Assembly: GCA_963772365.1 (NCBI GenBank)
Contig: CAVYXA010000003.1
Coordinates: 384,001-448,000 of the forward strand
DNA: 64,000 bases
Direction: 5' to 3'
From: an uncultured Verrucomicrobiae bacterium
GTDB taxonomy: Bacteria > Verrucomicrobiota > Verrucomicrobiia > Chthoniobacterales > UBA10450
The notes beneath the pieces are model-generated. The model saw only the letters and a program-made list of their open reading frames with translations. It ran no database searches and had not been told where the DNA came from. Shown in pieces: positions 60,309 through 64,000 of this stretch (position 1 is its first letter; the number at the start of each line of letters is the position of its first letter). The translations under genes were made by a program, and so were the position numbers.

Positions 60309-61241
60309 ATGAATCCGATCCCTTACAAGAAGATTGCGATTTTAATGGGCGGGCCCGGTTCCGAACGCGATGTTTCACTCGCCACCGGGCGCGGAATGGC
60401 AAAAGCGCTCCGATCGTTAGGCACAGAGGTCATCGAGGTCGATGTACGCGATGAGAAATTTCCACTTCCGTCCGATGTCGATCTTGCCTTCATCGCCTTA
60501 CACGGCACGTTTGGCGAGGACGGTCAGGTCCAGAAAATTCTCGAAGACCGCGGCGTGGCTTATACCGGCGACGGTGTAAAGGAGAGCGAGATCGCCTTCG
60601 ACAAAATTCGGTCGAAAGAAAAATTTCGTGAACACGGGGTGAAAACGCCCGAGTGGGAAGTTCTGCGTCCGGGTGAACGCCCAAGGTTGGATGTGCCGAT
60701 CGTGGTCAAACCATCGCGGCAAGGATCGACAGTTGGTGTTCACATTGTGAAAAAGAACGAGGAAGTCGAGCAAGCGCTGGCCGATGCGGCGAAGTTCGAC
60801 AGCGATCTGTTGATCGAAAAATTTATTCCCGGCCGCGAATTGACCATCGGAATTCTGGGCAATCAAGCCCTGCCGATCATCGAGATCATTCCGAAAGGTG
60901 GCTTCTACGATTTTGCCACGAAGTATCCCTTTTTAAATCCGCAAGCGGGGGCGAGCGCCCAGCACGTTTGCCCCGCTAAGATCGAGAAAGACAAAACGCG
61001 CGAGATTCAAGAGCTGGCGTTGCGGGCATTTCGCGCGCTGGGGTTGAAGGTTTATGGACGCGTCGATTTGATTTTGCCGGATAGCGGCGCTGCGACGGTG
61101 CTGGAAGTAAACACGATTCCCGGAATGACGGAGACGAGTCTCCTGCCGGAAGCGGCAGCAGCGGCGGGAATCGGCTATGTCGATCTTTGTGTGCGGATTA
61201 TTGAGCTTTCGCGCGCGCGAACAAAAGGAGCGATGCAATGA
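60309..61241 (+). CDS. ddl: D-alanine--D-alanine ligase
   Basis: SERDVSL, LHGTFGEDG and EVNTIPGMT motifs. Confidence 0.95.
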   Translation: MNPIPYKKIAILMGGPGSERDVSLATGRGMAKALRSLGTEVIEVDVRDEKFPLPSDVDLAFIALHGTFGEDGQVQKILEDRGVAYTGDGVKESEIAFDKIRSKEKFREHGVKTPEWEVLRPGERPRLDVPIVVKPSRQGSTVGVHIVKKNEEVEQALADAAKFDSDLLIEKFIPGRELTIGILGNQALPIIEIIPKGGFYDFATKYPFLNPQAGASAQHVCPAKIEKDKTREIQELALRAFRALGLKVYGRVDLILPDSGAATVLEVNTIPGMTETSLLPEAAAAAGIGYVDLCVRIIELSRARTKGAMQ

Positions 61242-62356
61242 GGCGCGTCCAAAAGCGGGCGCGAAACCAGCGAGTCTCTAACCGGCGGCAGCGCCAGCGG
61301 CAACATCTCCTGGATGTCAAGGTGCGTTCCCGGACTGCCACAGAGCAACGAAACCGACGCATCCTGGTCTTTATGTCCAAAGCCATTCTCGTTGTGATTC
61401 TCGTAATCGGAGTTTATTTCGGAGCGCGGGAAGGTGCGCGCCGTTTGTTTTTCGAAAACCCGGATTATGCGCTCAGCACGATTGCAGTTCAGACTGACGG
61501 AACTTTGCAACGAGATCAGATTCTGAAAGCGGCTGATCTATATGAAGGCGAAAACATTTTCGTGGTAAATCTCGGGCGAGTTCACGACCGATTGCAGGAG
61601 CTTGCGCAAGTGGATGAAGTGCAGGTTGTCCGGAAGTTGCCGGGCGAAATCGACATTCAAGTGGTCGAGCGCAAACCGATCGCGTGGATCACCGCTGCGA
61701 AACAGATCACGGATCCTTTTTCATCCGATGGTGTTTTTCTGGTGGACGCGCGCGGTGTTTTGATGAAAGAAAAGAAATTGCTGCCCGAATATCTCGGATT
61801 GCCGGTCATTTTGGGATGCTCGAGCGATGCGCTCGAGGCGGGAAAAGTTGTCGAATCTCCCGAAGCAAGAGCAGCGCTGGAAATGTTGCGGCTGAGCACG
61901 CGCAGCTTCATGCAAACGCGTTTTCAAATCCGCGACATCGATCTCTCGAAAGAGTACTGCCTCGTAGTGACGGACAAGGAACGGACGCGGGTCACGTTCG
62001 GTTTTGACGATCTTGATATGCAATTGCGCCGACTGGAACAATTTCTGACGTATGCCGATGATACGAAGCAGGAGCTCGCGACTGTGAATTTGCTGGTTCG
62101 ACGCAATATCCCGGTGACGTTTGGGAAATCGCCGACTGAAATCATCAATGACACGATTGACCCGACGTTAACCCCACGTCCGTTAAATTCGGTTCCCGCA
62201 AAATCCGAATCGCAGCAGTTTGGCACTTTTTCGGCGCGCAAACCCAGGGAGACTTCGAAGCCACGGTCGACGCCCGCGGCTACAGCGACGCCGCACCCGA
62301 TTCGCCGTGCGCTTCCCGTCAATCAGCCAAAGAAGGAGAAACGAAGTGGGCGGTAA
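61238..62356 (+). CDS. ftsQ: Cell division protein FtsQ/DivIB
   Basis: TM plus POTRA (RKLPGEIDIQVVERKPIAW); position between ddl and ftsA. Confidence 0.85.
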   Translation: MRRVQKRARNQRVSNRRQRQRQHLLDVKVRSRTATEQRNRRILVFMSKAILVVILVIGVYFGAREGARRLFFENPDYALSTIAVQTDGTLQRDQILKAADLYEGENIFVVNLGRVHDRLQELAQVDEVQVVRKLPGEIDIQVVERKPIAWITAAKQITDPFSSDGVFLVDARGVLMKEKKLLPEYLGLPVILGCSSDALEAGKVVESPEARAALEMLRLSTRSFMQTRFQIRDIDLSKEYCLVVTDKERTRVTFGFDDLDMQLRRLEQFLTYADDTKQELATVNLLVRRNIPVTFGKSPTEIINDTIDPTLTPRPLNSVPAKSESQQFGTFSARKPRETSKPRSTPAATATPHPIRRALPVNQPKKEKRSGR

Positions 62357-63552
62357 TGATTTGATGGTGGGTCTCGAAATCGGGACATCGAAAATTTGTG
62401 TCGTTGTCGGTGAAAGCCGGGCCGATGGAACGATCAAGATCCTCGGAGTAGGCGAGGCCCCATCGCGTGGTGTGCGCAAGGGCGAGATTGTCGATTTTGA
62501 AACGGCAATGAAATGCGTGCACGAGGCCGTTGTCGATGCGGAACAGAAAAGCGACGTGATGATTCGGAGCGTTTATGTGGCTGTGGCCGGCGCGCACATT
62601 CAGAGCTTCAACAATCGCGGCACGGTGATGTTGCCCGAAGACCGTGATGAGATCGACGAGCAGGACATCGAAGATGTGAAGATCAACGCGCGGGAGGTCA
62701 GCATTCCCTCGCAAAACGCTTTTCTGCATTCGATCATCCAACATTATCATGTCGATGGTCAGGATGGCGTGCTCAATCCCATCGGGATGCTCGGGCAAAA
62801 GTTGGAAGCAGATTTTCACATTGTTCACGGCGTGCGCACGCGGATTCAAAACACGATCCGTTGCGTGAAAGAGCTGCCGCTCGACGTGGAGGATGTCGTG
62901 TTCAGCGCGCTCGCTTCGGCCCAGGTTGTATTGACCCAGCACCAAAAGGATCTGGGTGCGCTGGTGATCGACATGGGCGGTGGCACGACGGATTACATTT
63001 TGTATGCGGATGGGGCCATCAAGCAGAGCGGCGCACTGGCTGTAGGCGGCGATCACATCACAAACGATATCTCGATGGGGCTGCGCATTCCGATGGCTCG
63101 GGCTGAAAAATTGAAGATTGAGGAGGGCAGCGTCGTTCTGGGGAATTGTCTGCCGGGCGAAACAATTCTGTTAAAGGACGATTCGGGATTTGCCGGGAAA
63201 GAAGTCGAGCGCGAAACGCTCAATACGATCATGAATCTACGGATGCGGGAAACTTTCGACCTCCTCAAACGGACGCTGGAAGAAGAATCATTCATCAACT
63301 ACGTCGGCGCGGGGGTTTTCATTACCGGTGGCTGTAGCTTGCTCAATGGAATTGATCATCTGGCCGAAGAAGCGTTCGAAATGCCCGCGCACGTGGCCCA
63401 TGCCCAAACAATGTCAGGGTTAACATCGGCTTTCGAAAACCCCAATTTTCCACCGCCATCGGTCTCCTTAAGTATGCGCAAGCAGTGCAAGCCGATCGGC
63501 CGCGGCGCGGGATCCGAGGAATGCTCGGCAGAGTTTTTCGGTGAATGCGATA
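62346..63552 (+). CDS. ftsA: Cell division protein FtsA (frameshift near 63441; 3' end approximate)
   Basis: GLEIGTSK, DMGGGTT, GGDHITNDI and TGG motifs; adding one C restores ENPQFSTAIGLLKY. Confidence 0.92.
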
Positions 63553-63571
63553 GGCAAAATTTTAATGTTTG

Positions 63572-63636
63572 GTAGGGCGCGACCGCCGGGCGCGCTGGAG
63601 ATACGCAATTGTGGACGGCCCGGCGGTCCGCCCCCC
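63572..63636. repeat. GTAG-type REP doublet between ftsA and ftsZ
   Basis: GTAGGGCGCGACCGCCGGGCGCGC ... GGACGGCCCGGCGGTCCGCCC. Confidence 0.6.
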
Positions 63637-63647
63637 AAATGATTTAA

Positions 63648-64000
63648 ATGATTCAACTCAGCAAAAATTACAGTTTGCCCGAACGGGAAGCCGAAGCGAT
63701 CCCGATTAAAGTTGTCGGATTGGTGGCGCTGGCTCCAATGCCCTGGATCGCGTTGTCCTGGATGGATTGGAACGTGCGGATCTGGTGGCGATTAACACCG
63801 ATGTGCAATCCCTCGCCAGCTCGGTAGCCACGCACAAAATCCAATTGGGTCGAGCGGTGACCCGTGGCCTGGGCACCGGCGGCGATCCGGAGCTTGGTTA
63901 TCAGGCAGCCATTGAATCGGCCGACGAGATACGGGAATCTCTGGCCGGCGGTCGAATGATTTTTTTGTGCGCTGGACTTGGCGGCGGGACCGGTTCCGGT
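63648..64000 (+). CDS. ftsZ: Cell division protein FtsZ (5' part; frameshift near 63722; runs off the window)
   Basis: IKVVG(L)GGAGSN, AINTD, TRGLGTGGDP and GLGGGTGSG tubulin signature; missed by the ORF track. Confidence 0.92.

Overview
Bacterial chromosomal window, most likely a soil Verrucomicrobium of the Chthoniobacterales/Spartobacteria type (inferred from the murC-murB fusion, the LysM gene inside the dcw cluster, a C-terminal dockerin-like secreted protein and the REP types). Most of it is housekeeping: the end of a nuo operon, transport/stress genes, tRNA-Arg(CCT), tRNA-Ala(CGC), a putative envelope-lipid cluster, tmRNA and a dcw cluster (mraZ to the start of ftsZ). The exception is an island of about 8.8 kb (13563-22320). 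It is a fragmented Rhs polymorphic-toxin/immunity array interleaved with three small elements, each bounded by the same 23-bp terminal inverted repeat (TIR; GGGGTCAGGCATCAATTCTTGAC) and each carrying a differently deleted REP-associated (HUH/Y1) tyrosine transposase (RAYT) gene. Several Rhs fragments start or stop within about 10-35 bp of TIR tips, and most tips carry stuttered pyrimidine-rich tails. Two apparently identical IS3 copies have inserted independently at the same position (nt 8-10) of two different TIRs. Many single-base frameshifts, including in ftsA and ftsZ, point to homopolymer sequencing errors, so reading-frame claims need read-level confirmation.
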